Of a stretch of 64,000 nt of DNA, positions 39,585 to 50,063 are shown piece after piece; position 1 is the stretch's first letter, and every line of letters begins with the position of its first letter. The notes under the pieces were generated by a model. The model did no database searches and was not told the DNA's origin. It saw nothing but the letters and a program-made list of their open reading frames with translations. Source of the DNA: an uncultured Ramlibacter sp. (GTDB lineage: Bacteria; Pseudomonadota; Gammaproteobacteria; Burkholderiales; Burkholderiaceae_C); NCBI RefSeq assembly GCF_936925435.1, contig NZ_CAKZHQ010000043.1, forward strand, positions 8,859 through 72,858, in the 5' to 3' direction. Position numbers and translations under genes: made by a program.

Positions 39585-40391
39585 ATGACCCCCGTTCCCG
39601 GCGCTGCCATCACTGCCCTGCCGGGCGCTCTGCGCCCCCGTGGCTTTGCCCATGGCTGGCTGGACCAGACCGGCTGGCCCGCGCTGGCCATGGCGGCGGC
39701 CTTTGCCACCCTGTTTGCCCTGTCCCTGTACATCCTGGGTGGCATGGCCCCGGCTGAATTGCTGGCGCCCGGCGCCCTGGTGTCCAGCCTGCTGGGCCTG
39801 CTGGCCCTGAAGTCCGGCGGCGTGGTGCTGCGCCGTTCGCTGGCAGCTTCGCGTGGTCTGCTCGACTCCGCAACCGGCCTGTACAGCCAGTCCGGCTTTG
39901 CCCGGGAAAGCGCTGTCCTGCTGGAACGCGCCCGCCGCAGCGGCCGCACGCTGAGCGTGGTGGTCTTCGAATTTGACGACTTGCTGGAAGTCCATAGCAT
40001 CTACGGCGCCGCGGTCAGCCGCACCCTGCTGGGCCAGGTGGCCCGCCAGCTGGAAGCTGTCGCCGGTGGCTATGGTGTGGCGGCCCGCACCGGCAGGACC
40101 CAGTTCAGCCTGGCGCTGCCCGGCCTGAACCGCGACCAGGCGCGCGCCGCGGTGGAAAGCGTGTTCGGCCAGGCCTGCTGCATCGAGTTCGATGCCGACG
40201 ACGACGAGATCATGCTGGTGCCCGAGGTGCTGGTCGACGCCATGCCGGACGAGGCCGGGTCCGTCACAGCCTTCCAGCAGCAACTGGTCGCCGACCTGGC
40301 CCGGCTGCGCGCGGAAGAGCAACGCCGCGTCCTGTACCTGCAGCGCGAGCGCGAGAGCCATTCCCGTCCGATGAGCCTGGCTGCCCATTGA
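39585..40391 (+). CDS. membrane protein with degenerate GGDEF-like domain
   Basis: 268 aa. Two hydrophobic segments, DSATGLYSQSGF (compare DxLTGLxNRR). The GGDEF position reads ARTGRTQFSLAL, and the metal/GTP residues are also replaced (FEFDDLLEVHSIYGAAVSRTLL). Confidence 0.55.
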   Translation: MTPVPGAAITALPGALRPRGFAHGWLDQTGWPALAMAAAFATLFALSLYILGGMAPAELLAPGALVSSLLGLLALKSGGVVLRRSLAASRGLLDSATGLYSQSGFARESAVLLERARRSGRTLSVVVFEFDDLLEVHSIYGAAVSRTLLGQVARQLEAVAGGYGVAARTGRTQFSLALPGLNRDQARAAVESVFGQACCIEFDADDDEIMLVPEVLVDAMPDEAGSVTAFQQQLVADLARLRAEEQRRVLYLQRERESHSRPMSLAAH

Positions 40392-40472
40392 GCACCCACT
40401 GAGCGCCGCTGGGCCGCGTCCTGGGGGTCGACTCTCAGGGCTGGAATAATCGGGTCTTCCAAGGAATGCCCG

Positions 40473-41081
40473 ATGCTGCTTGACCCCGACGATTCCCAAC
40501 TGCTGCTGGTGGACTACCAGAGCGCCCTGATGCCGGCCATCCACGAGTCCGGCGCCGTGCTGGCCAATGCGCTGCGCCTGGCCCGCATGGCCCGCCTGTT
40601 CGATATTCCCTCCTGGGGCACCGAGGAGAACCCGCAAGGCCTGGGCGAGACCGTGCCCGAGCTGCGCCCGCTGCTGGACAAGGTGGTGGGCAAGCTGCAT
40701 TTCAGCGCCTGCGCCGAGGGTCTGGCCGAGCGCCTGCGGCCGCCGGCCCGCCCGGCCCAGGGCGGCAACGCCCGCAGCCTGCCCAAGCACCTGCAAAAGG
40801 CCGCGCCAGCGCCTGCCGAGAGCCGCAACACCGTGGTGGTGGCTGGCTGCGAGGCCCATGTCTGCCTGCTGCAGACGGCGTTGGACCTGCTGGACGAGGA
40901 GTTCGAGGTTTGGGTCGTCACCGACGCCTGCGGCTCGCGCAGCGAGCGCAACCGCGACGCCGCCTTCGACCGCCTGGCCGGTGCCGGCGCCGAGCTGGTG
41001 ACCACCGAGATGGTGGCCTTTGAATGGCTGCGTACTGCGGAACACCCGCTGTTCAAGGAGGTCCTCGCGCTGGTCAAATAG
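40473..41081 (+). CDS. isochorismatase-family hydrolase
   Basis: 202 aa. LLLVDYQ (Asp), GKLHFSA (Lys), VVAGCEAHVCL (Cys), with a Pro/Ala/basic insertion between the Lys and Cys regions. Confidence 0.75.
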   Translation: MLLDPDDSQLLLVDYQSALMPAIHESGAVLANALRLARMARLFDIPSWGTEENPQGLGETVPELRPLLDKVVGKLHFSACAEGLAERLRPPARPAQGGNARSLPKHLQKAAPAPAESRNTVVVAGCEAHVCLLQTALDLLDEEFEVWVVTDACGSRSERNRDAAFDRLAGAGAELVTTEMVAFEWLRTAEHPLFKEVLALVK

Positions 41082-41107
41082 CGTGGTCGCCAACCCTGGA
41101 GGCCCGA

Positions 41108-43000
41108 GTGACCTACGCTGAGTTCCACCGCCGCTCCGTCGAGGAGCCGGACGCTTTCTGGGCCGAACAGGCCCGCCTGATCGATTGGCAGCAGGCGCCG
41201 CAGTCCATCTGCGACAACAGCCGGCCGCCGTTCACGCGCTGGTTCGCCGGCGGCACCACCAATCTGTGCCACAACGCGGTCGACCGCCACCTGGCCGCGC
41301 GCGGCGACCAGCCGGCGCTGATCAGCGTCTCCACCGAAACCGGCGTCGAGAAGGCCTACAGCTTCCGCGAGTTGCATGCCGAGGTGCAGCACACTGCGGC
41401 GATGCTGCAGGCGTTGGGCGTGCGCCAGGGCGACCGGGTGCTGTTGTACATGCCCATGGTGGCCGAGGCGGTCTTCACCATGCTGGCTTGTGCGCGCATC
41501 GGCGCCATCCATAGCGTGGTGTTCGGCGGCTTTGCCTCGGTCTCGCTGGCGTCCCGCATCGAGGACGCCCAGCCCCGCGTGATCGTCAGCGCCGATGCCG
41601 GCTCGCGCGGCGGCAAGGTCCTGGCCTACAAGCCGCTGCTGGACGAGGCGATCCGCTTGTCCAGCCACAAGCCGCAGGCCGTGCTGCTGGCCGACCGCGG
41701 CCTGGCGCCCATGGAGCGGGTGGCCGGGCGCGACCACGACTGGGCGGCGCTGCGCCAGGCCCACCTGGACACCGAAGTGGCCTGCGTCTGGCTGGACGCG
41801 ACGGCCACCAGCTACACCATCTACACCAGCGGCACGACCGGCAAGCCCAAGGGCGTGCAGCGCGACGTCGGCGGCTATGCGGTGGCGCTGGCGGCCAGCA
41901 TGGAGCACATCTTCCAGGGTGAGGCCGGCGCCACCTTCTTTTGCGCCAGCGACATTGGCTGGGTGGTGGGGCACAGCTACATCGTCTACGGCCCGCTGAT
42001 CGCCGGCATGGCCACCATCTTGTACGAGGGCCTGCCGGTACGGCCCGACGCCGGCATCTGGTGGAGCCTGGTGGAGAAATACAAGGTGCGCACCATGTTC
42101 ACCGCCCCGACGGCGGTGCGCGTGCTCAAGAAACAGGATCCGGCCTTCCTCAAGAAGCACGATCTCTCCAGTCTGAAGGCGCTGTTCCTGGCGGGCGAGC
42201 CGCTGGACGAGCCGACGGCGCGCTGGATCAGCGAGGCGCTGGGCGTGCCCATCATCGACAACTACTGGCAGACCGAAAGCGGCTGGCCCATCCTGACCAT
42301 CGCCAATGGCGTCGAGAAGAAGGCCAGCAAGTTCGGCAGCCCCGGCGTGCCCATGGCCGGCTACAAGGTCAAGATCCTGCACGAGAGCACGGGCCAGGAA
42401 CTGGTCGAGCCCGGCCAGAAGGGCGTGGTGGTGATCGAGGGGCCGACGCCGCCGGGCTTCATGCAGACCGTCTGGCGCGACGATGAGCGCTTCGTCAAGA
42501 CCTACTGGCAGAGCATCCCCGGCCGGATGGTCTACAACACCTTCGATTGGGGCATCCGCGATGCGGACGGCTACTACTACATCCTGGGCCGCACCGACGA
42601 CGTCATCAACGTCGCCGGCCACAGGCTGGGCACGCGCGAGATCGAGGAGAGCATTTCCAGCCATGCCAACGTGGCCGAGGTGGCCGTGGTTGGTGTGGCC
42701 GATGCGCTCAAGGGCCAGGTGGCCATGGCCTTCGTGGTGGCGCGCGATGCCGCGGCCGTGGCCGACGAGGCCGGCCGCCTGCGGCTGGAAGGCGAGATCA
42801 TGAAGCTGGTCGACAGCCAGCTGGGCGCCCTGGCGCGGCCGGCGCGGGTGCGTTTTGTGAGCCTGCTGCCCAAAACCCGCAGCGGCAAATTGCTGCGCCG
42901 CGCCATCCAGGCCGTGTGCGAGGGCCGCGACGCCGGCGACCTGACCACCATTGAAGACCCTGCGGCGCTGCGCCAGGTCCTCGATTCTTTGGTTGGATAG
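41108..43000 (+). CDS. prpE: propionate--CoA ligase / acyl-CoA synthetase (AMP-forming)
   Basis: GTG at 41108 lies 6 nt after GGAGG (VTYAEFHRRSVEEPDAFWAEQARLIDW). YTSGTTGKPKG AMP motif, LPKTRSGKLLRR C-terminus. The track ORF starts earlier, inside the upstream gene. Confidence 0.8.
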   Translation: MTYAEFHRRSVEEPDAFWAEQARLIDWQQAPQSICDNSRPPFTRWFAGGTTNLCHNAVDRHLAARGDQPALISVSTETGVEKAYSFRELHAEVQHTAAMLQALGVRQGDRVLLYMPMVAEAVFTMLACARIGAIHSVVFGGFASVSLASRIEDAQPRVIVSADAGSRGGKVLAYKPLLDEAIRLSSHKPQAVLLADRGLAPMERVAGRDHDWAALRQAHLDTEVACVWLDATATSYTIYTSGTTGKPKGVQRDVGGYAVALAASMEHIFQGEAGATFFCASDIGWVVGHSYIVYGPLIAGMATILYEGLPVRPDAGIWWSLVEKYKVRTMFTAPTAVRVLKKQDPAFLKKHDLSSLKALFLAGEPLDEPTARWISEALGVPIIDNYWQTESGWPILTIANGVEKKASKFGSPGVPMAGYKVKILHESTGQELVEPGQKGVVVIEGPTPPGFMQTVWRDDERFVKTYWQSIPGRMVYNTFDWGIRDADGYYYILGRTDDVINVAGHRLGTREIEESISSHANVAEVAVVGVADALKGQVAMAFVVARDAAAVADEAGRLRLEGEIMKLVDSQLGALARPARVRFVSLLPKTRSGKLLRRAIQAVCEGRDAGDLTTIEDPAALRQVLDSLVG

Positions 43001-43133
43001 CCCTCCAGCTCCCGGTTTGATTGGGCTGGATGCTCTCAAAACAAGAGCAGACTGGCGCCCTCAAGCCTGGCTGGACCGTGCCGAAAACAGGGGATGTGCC
43101 GGCTTCGGCATGAACACGTGGTCTCTGAGTCCA

Positions 43134-43160
43134 GCACAGGCCCGCCTGGCGGGCCTGTGC
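43134..43160 (+). other. 12-bp perfect GC-rich stem-loop in the prpE-sucA intergenic region
   Basis: GCACAGGCCCGC-CTG-GCGGGCCTGTGC, with no T run after it. Confidence 0.5.
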
Positions 43161-43294
43161 GATCGATGGCACAATTGAGGTCGCAACCCGGCCCCTTCCA
43201 GCCACAGTCGCATCCGCCAACCGGTCCAGCCGTGTCGCGGAAGGTTTCTACAACCAGCCAAGGCCTCCTGCAGGGGGGCGGAAAGTAGCGCAGC

Positions 43295-46162
43295 ATGAGT
43301 GACAGCACCGTCTACACGGCCTACCAGGGCAATTCGTATCTCTTCGGCGGCAACGCGCCCTATGTCGAGGAGATGTACGAGAACTACCTCGCCAACCCCG
43401 GCAGCGTGCCCGACAACTGGCGTGAATACTTCGACGCCTTGCAGAACGTTCCCGCCGCCGACGGCAGCAACGCCAAGGACATCGCCCACCTGCCGGTGAT
43501 CAATGCCTTTGCCGAGCGCGCCAAGCAGGGCGGCACCCGCGTGGTCCAGGCCACCGGCGCCGATTCCGAAATGGGCCGCAAGCGCACCGCGGTGCAGCAG
43601 CTGATCGCCGCCTACCGCAACGTCGGCGCCCGCTGGGCCGACCTGGACCCGCTCAAGCGCGCCGAGCGCGAGAAGATCCCCGAGCTGGACCCGTCCTTCT
43701 ACGGCTTCTCCGACGCCGACCAGGAAACCATCTTCAACACCAGCAACACCTTCTTCGGCAAGGAGACGATGTCGCTGCGCGAGCTGCTCAACGCGCTGCG
43801 CGAAACCTACTGCGGCACCATCGGCGCCGAGTACATGTACATCAGCGACCAGGGCAAGAAGCGCTGGTGGCAGCAAAAGCTCGAATCGATCCGCAGCAAG
43901 CCCAACTTCCTGGCCGATCAGAAAAAGCAGATCCTCGACCGCGTCACCGCGGCCGAAGGCCTGGAGCGCTTCCTGCACACCAAGTACGTGGGCCAGAAGC
44001 GCTTCTCGCTGGAAGGCGGCGAAAGCTTCATCGCCTCGATGGACGAACTGATCCAGCGTTCCGGCGCCAAGGGCGTGCAGGAGATCGTGATCGGCATGGC
44101 CCACCGCGGTCGCCTGAACGTGCTGGTCAACACCATGGGCAAGATGCCCGCCGACCTGTTCGCCGAGTTCGACCACACGGCCAAGGAAGACCTGCCCTCC
44201 GGTGACGTCAAGTACCACCAGGGCTTCAGCTCGGACGTGACCACCCCCGGCGGCCCGGTCCACCTGAGCCTGGCCTTCAACCCCTCGCACCTGGAGATCG
44301 TCAACCCGGTGGTCGAGGGCTCGGTGCGGGCCCGCATGGACCGCCGCGCCGACCCGCAGGGCAAGCAGGTGCTGCCCGTGCAGGTGCACGGCGACGCTGC
44401 CTTCGCCGGCCAGGGCGTGGTGATGGAAACCCTGGCGCTGGCCGAAACCCGCGGCTACTTCACCGGCGGCACGGTCCACATCGTCATCAACAACCAGATC
44501 GGCTTCACCACCTCCGATCCGCGCGACGCGCGCTCCACCCTGTACTGCACCGACATCGTCAAGATGATCGAGGCGCCGGTGCTGCACGTCAACGGCGACG
44601 ATCCCGAGGCAGTGGTGCTGGCCACCCAGATCGCGCTGGACTACCGCATGGAGTTCAGCAAGGACGTGGTGCTGGACATCGTGTGTTTCCGCAAGCTGGG
44701 CCACAACGAGCAGGACACGCCGGCGCTGACCCAGCCGCTGATGTACAAGAAGATCGGCACCCATCCGGGCACGCGCAAGCTCTACGCCGACAAGCTGTCG
44801 GCCCAGGGCCTGGGTGACACGCTGGGCGAGGACATGGTCAAGGCCTACCGCGCCGCCATGGACGCCGGCAAGCACACGGTCGACCCGGTGCTGACCAACT
44901 TCAAGAGCAAGTTCGCGGTCGACTGGAGCCCCTACCTGGGCAAGAAGTGGACCGACGCCGCCGACACCGCCATTCCGACGGCCGAGTGGAAGCGACTGGC
45001 CGAGAAGATCACCACCGTACCGGCCGGCTTCACGCCGCACCCGCTGGTCAACAAGGTGCTGCTCGACCGCGCCGCCATGGGCCGCGGCGATGTCAACGTC
45101 GACTGGGGCATGGGCGAGCACATGGCTTTCGCCTCCCTGGTGGCCAGCGGCTACCCGGTGCGCCTGTCGGGCGAGGACTGCGGCCGCGGCACCTTCACCC
45201 ACCGCCACTCGGTGCTGCACGACCAGAACCGCGAGAAGTTCGACGAAGGCACCTACGTGCCGCTGTGCCACGTGGCCGACAACCAGGCGCCTTATGTCGT
45301 CATCGACTCCATCCTGTCGGAAGAGGCGGTGCTGGGCTTCGAGTACGGCTACGCCTCGAACGATCCCAACACCCTGGTGATCTGGGAAGCCCAGTTCGGC
45401 GACTTCGCCAACGGCGCCCAGGTGGTGATCGACCAGTTCATCGCCTCGGGCGAGGTCAAGTGGGGCCGCGTCAACGGCATCACCCTGATGCTGCCGCACG
45501 GCTACGAAGGCCAGGGCCCGGAGCACAGCTCGGCCCGCCTGGAGCGCTTCATGCAGCTGTCGGCCGACACCAACATGCAGGTGGTGCAGCCCACGACGGC
45601 CAGCCAGATCTTCCACGTGCTGCGCCGCCAGATGGTGCGCCCGCTGCGCAAGCCGCTGATCATCATGACGCCCAAGTCGCTGCTGCGCAACAAGGACGCC
45701 ACCTCGCCGCTGTCGGAGTTCACCAGGGGCGGCTTCCAGACCGTCATCCCGGAGAACAAGGACCTCAAGGCCGACAAGGTCAAGCGCATCGTCGTGTGCT
45801 CCGGCAAGGTCTATTTCGATCTGGCCAAGAAGCGCGAGGAGAAGGGCTTTGACGACGCAGTCATCCTGCGCGTCGAGCAGCTCTATCCCTTCCCGCACAA
45901 GGTGTTCGCCGCCGAGCTCAAGAAGTACCCCAACGCCACCGACATCGTCTGGTGCCAGGACGAGCCGCAGAACCAGGGCGCCTGGTTCTTCGTGCAGCAC
46001 TACATCCACGAGAACATGCTCGACGGCCAGAAGCTGGGTTACTCCGGCCGTGCCGCCTCGGCCTCGCCGGCGGTGGGCTACTCGCACCTGCACCAGGAGC
46101 AGCAAAAGGCTTTGGTCGACGGCGCCTTCGGCAAGCTCAAGGGCTTCGTGCTCACGAAATAA
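43295..46162 (+). CDS. sucA: 2-oxoglutarate dehydrogenase E1 component
   Basis: 955 aa. Typical SucA sequence throughout (MAHRGRLNVL, GDAAFAGQGVV, HGYEGQGPEHSSARLERF). Confidence 0.95.
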   Translation: MSDSTVYTAYQGNSYLFGGNAPYVEEMYENYLANPGSVPDNWREYFDALQNVPAADGSNAKDIAHLPVINAFAERAKQGGTRVVQATGADSEMGRKRTAVQQLIAAYRNVGARWADLDPLKRAEREKIPELDPSFYGFSDADQETIFNTSNTFFGKETMSLRELLNALRETYCGTIGAEYMYISDQGKKRWWQQKLESIRSKPNFLADQKKQILDRVTAAEGLERFLHTKYVGQKRFSLEGGESFIASMDELIQRSGAKGVQEIVIGMAHRGRLNVLVNTMGKMPADLFAEFDHTAKEDLPSGDVKYHQGFSSDVTTPGGPVHLSLAFNPSHLEIVNPVVEGSVRARMDRRADPQGKQVLPVQVHGDAAFAGQGVVMETLALAETRGYFTGGTVHIVINNQIGFTTSDPRDARSTLYCTDIVKMIEAPVLHVNGDDPEAVVLATQIALDYRMEFSKDVVLDIVCFRKLGHNEQDTPALTQPLMYKKIGTHPGTRKLYADKLSAQGLGDTLGEDMVKAYRAAMDAGKHTVDPVLTNFKSKFAVDWSPYLGKKWTDAADTAIPTAEWKRLAEKITTVPAGFTPHPLVNKVLLDRAAMGRGDVNVDWGMGEHMAFASLVASGYPVRLSGEDCGRGTFTHRHSVLHDQNREKFDEGTYVPLCHVADNQAPYVVIDSILSEEAVLGFEYGYASNDPNTLVIWEAQFGDFANGAQVVIDQFIASGEVKWGRVNGITLMLPHGYEGQGPEHSSARLERFMQLSADTNMQVVQPTTASQIFHVLRRQMVRPLRKPLIIMTPKSLLRNKDATSPLSEFTRGGFQTVIPENKDLKADKVKRIVVCSGKVYFDLAKKREEKGFDDAVILRVEQLYPFPHKVFAAELKKYPNATDIVWCQDEPQNQGAWFFVQHYIHENMLDGQKLGYSGRAASASPAVGYSHLHQEQQKALVDGAFGKLKGFVLTK

Positions 46163-46225
46163 AGCGGGACAACGAGGCCCGGTTGCGCCGGCCTCGTCCT
46201 TCGAAAAAAATACTTAGGAACAACA

Positions 46226-47485
<1,260 letters not shown>

Positions 47486-47495
47486 ACGGACGATA

Positions 47496-47548
47496 ACGCG
47501 GCCTGAAGGCCGCGTCCTTGTCCATGATTTTCGGAATCAAAAATCATG
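47496..47548 (+). other. two stem-loops in the sucB-lpd spacer, the second including the lpd start codon
   Basis: ACGCGGCC-TGAA-GGCCGCGT (47496-47515). CATGATTTT-CGGAATCA-AAAATCATG (47523-47548), whose last ATG is the lpd start at 47546. Confidence 0.45.
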
Positions 47549-48961
47549 AAATCATTTGACGTGATCGTCATCGGCGGCGGTCCTGGCGGCTACATCGCCG
47601 CAATCCGCGCGGCCCAGCTGGGCTTCAACACGGCCTGCATCGACGAGTGGAAGAACGACAAGGGCGGCCCGGCCCCGGGCGGGACCTGCACCAACGTTGG
47701 CTGTATTCCGTCCAAGGCGCTGCTGCAGTCCTCGGAGCACTACGAACATGCCGGCAAGCACTTTGCCGAGCACGGCATCGAAGTCAAGGGCCTGGGCCTG
47801 GACCTGGGCAAGATGCTTGCGCGCAAGAACACCGTCGTCAAACAGAACAACGACGGCATCCTCTTCCTGTTCAAGAAGAACAAGGTCACGTTCTTCCACG
47901 GCCGTGGCTCCTTCGTGAAGGCGGCCGAGGGCGGCTACGAGATCAAGGCCGGCGAGGAAAGCATCACCGGCAAGCACATCATTTTGGCCACCGGCTCCAA
48001 TGCCCGTGCGCTGCCGGGCGCGCCGTTCGACGAGGAGACCATCCTGTCCAACGACGGCGCCCTGCGCATCCAGGGCGTGCCCAAGAAGCTGGCCTTGATC
48101 GGCTCGGGCGTGATCGGCCTGGAGATGGGTTCGGTCTGGCGCCGCCTGGGCGCGGAAGTCACCGTGCTCGAAGCCCTGCCCACGTTCCTGGGCGCGGTCG
48201 ACGAGCAGATCGCCAAGGAGGCCAAGAAGGCTTTCGACAAGCAGGGCCTGAAGATCGAGCTGGGCGTCAAGGTCGGCGAGATCAAGAGCGGCAAGAAGGG
48301 CGTGTCGATTGCCTGGACCAACGCCAAGGGTGAGGCCCAGACCCTGGACGCCGACAAGCTGATCATCTCGATCGGTCGCGTGCCCAACACCATCGGTCTG
48401 AACGCCGAGGCCGTGGGCCTGAAGCTCGACGAGCGCGGCGCCATCGCGGTGGATGCCGAGTGCAAGACCAGCCTGCCCAACGTCTGGGCGGTGGGTGACG
48501 TGGTGCGCGGCCCCATGCTGGCGCACAAGGCGGAGGAAGAGGGCGTGGCGGTGGCCGAGCGCATCGCCGGCCAGCACGGCCACGTCAACTTCAACACCAT
48601 CCCCTGGGTGATCTACACCAGCCCCGAGATCGCCTGGGTCGGCCAGACCGAGCAGCAGCTCAAGGCCGCCGGCGTGAAGTACAAGGCCGGCACCTTCCCC
48701 TTCATGGCCAACGGCCGCGCGCGCGCGCTGGGCGACACCACCGGCATGGTCAAGTTCCTGGCCGACGCCACCACCGACGAGATCCTGGGCGTGCACATGG
48801 TGGGCCCGCAGGTCAGCGAGCTGATTTCCGAAGCCGTCGTGGCCATGGAGTTCAAGGCCAGCAGCGAGGACATCGCCCGCATCTGCCATGCCCACCCGTC
48901 GCTGTCCGAGGCGACCAAGGAAGCGGCCCTGGCCGTCGACAAGCGCACACTGAACTTCTAG
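47546..48961 (+). CDS. lpd: dihydrolipoyl dehydrogenase (E3)
   Basis: 471 aa. [20 protein letters not shown] redox disulfide, HAHPSLSE. Confidence 0.95.
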   Translation: MKSFDVIVIGGGPGGYIAAIRAAQLGFNTACIDEWKNDKGGPAPGGTCTNVGCIPSKALLQSSEHYEHAGKHFAEHGIEVKGLGLDLGKMLARKNTVVKQNNDGILFLFKKNKVTFFHGRGSFVKAAEGGYEIKAGEESITGKHIILATGSNARALPGAPFDEETILSNDGALRIQGVPKKLALIGSGVIGLEMGSVWRRLGAEVTVLEALPTFLGAVDEQIAKEAKKAFDKQGLKIELGVKVGEIKSGKKGVSIAWTNAKGEAQTLDADKLIISIGRVPNTIGLNAEAVGLKLDERGAIAVDAECKTSLPNVWAVGDVVRGPMLAHKAEEEGVAVAERIAGQHGHVNFNTIPWVIYTSPEIAWVGQTEQQLKAAGVKYKAGTFPFMANGRARALGDTTGMVKFLADATTDEILGVHMVGPQVSELISEAVVAMEFKASSEDIARICHAHPSLSEATKEAALAVDKRTLNF

Positions 48962-48962
48962 T

Positions 48963-50063
48963 GTGACCACGGTCCGGGAAGCCTACGACGCGGAGCTCAA
49001 GACGCGGGGGTACGCCAGTGACCCCGCGCAACTGCGCGCCGTGGCGGCCCTGGAGCGCTGCGCCAGCGAGTGGGCAGGCTACAAGGAGCAGCGTTCCAAC
49101 GCCTTCAAGAAGCTGATCAACCGCCCCGCCATTCCGCGCGGGGTCTACATGCACGGCGGGGTGGGGCGCGGCAAAAGCTTCCTGATGGACTGCTTTTTCA
49201 ATGCCGTGCCGCTGGTGCGCAAGACCCGCCTACATTTCCATGAGTTCATGCGAGAGGTGCACCGCGAGCTGTCCGATCTGCAGGGCACGGTCAACCCGCT
49301 CGATGCGCTGGGTGAACGCATCGCCAAACGCTACCGCCTGATCTGCTTCGACGAGTTCCATGTCGCCGACATCACCGACGCGATGATCCTGCACCGGCTG
49401 CTGGACGCGCTGTTCGACAACGGGGTGGGCTTTGTCACCACCTCCAACTTCAAGCCCGACGACTTGTACCCGAACGGTTTGCACCGCGACCGCATCCTGC
49501 CGGCCATCGCGCTGCTCAATGCGAAGCTGGAAGTGGTGAATGTGGACAACGGCACGGACTACCGGCGCCGCACCATGGAGCAGGTCAAGCTCTACCACAC
49601 GCCTCTGGGCCCCGAGGCGGATGCGCAGATGAGCGAGGCCTTCAACCGGCTGGCCGAGACCCATGACGAAGACCCGGTGCTGCACATCGAGCAGCGCGAG
49701 ATCCGCTCGCGGCGCCGCGCCGGCGGCCTGGTCTGGTTCGACTTCAAGACGCTCTGCGGCGGCCCGCGCTCGCAGAACGACTACCTGGAGATCGCCACCC
49801 AGTTCCACACCGTGCTGCTGTCCGACGTGCCCTACATGCCGGTGCGCATGGCCTCGGAGGCGCGCCGCTTCACCTGGCTGGTCGACGTGTTGTACGACCG
49901 GCGGGTCAAATTGATCATGTCAGCCCAGGTGCCGCCCGAGGCGTTGTACACGGACGGGCCGCTGGCCCATGAGTTTCCCCGCACCGTGTCCCGCCTGAAC
50001 GAAATGCAATCGGCCGAGTTCCTGGCGCTGGAGCGCCGCAATGTCGATACCCGCCTGACATGA
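48963..50063 (+). CDS. zapE: AFG1/ZapE-family ATPase
   Basis: 366 aa. GTG start 1 nt after the lpd stop. GGVGRGKSFLMD Walker A, LICFDEFHV Walker B. Confidence 0.85.
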   Translation: MTTVREAYDAELKTRGYASDPAQLRAVAALERCASEWAGYKEQRSNAFKKLINRPAIPRGVYMHGGVGRGKSFLMDCFFNAVPLVRKTRLHFHEFMREVHRELSDLQGTVNPLDALGERIAKRYRLICFDEFHVADITDAMILHRLLDALFDNGVGFVTTSNFKPDDLYPNGLHRDRILPAIALLNAKLEVVNVDNGTDYRRRTMEQVKLYHTPLGPEADAQMSEAFNRLAETHDEDPVLHIEQREIRSRRRAGGLVWFDFKTLCGGPRSQNDYLEIATQFHTVLLSDVPYMPVRMASEARRFTWLVDVLYDRRVKLIMSAQVPPEALYTDGPLAHEFPRTVSRLNEMQSAEFLALERRNVDTRLT

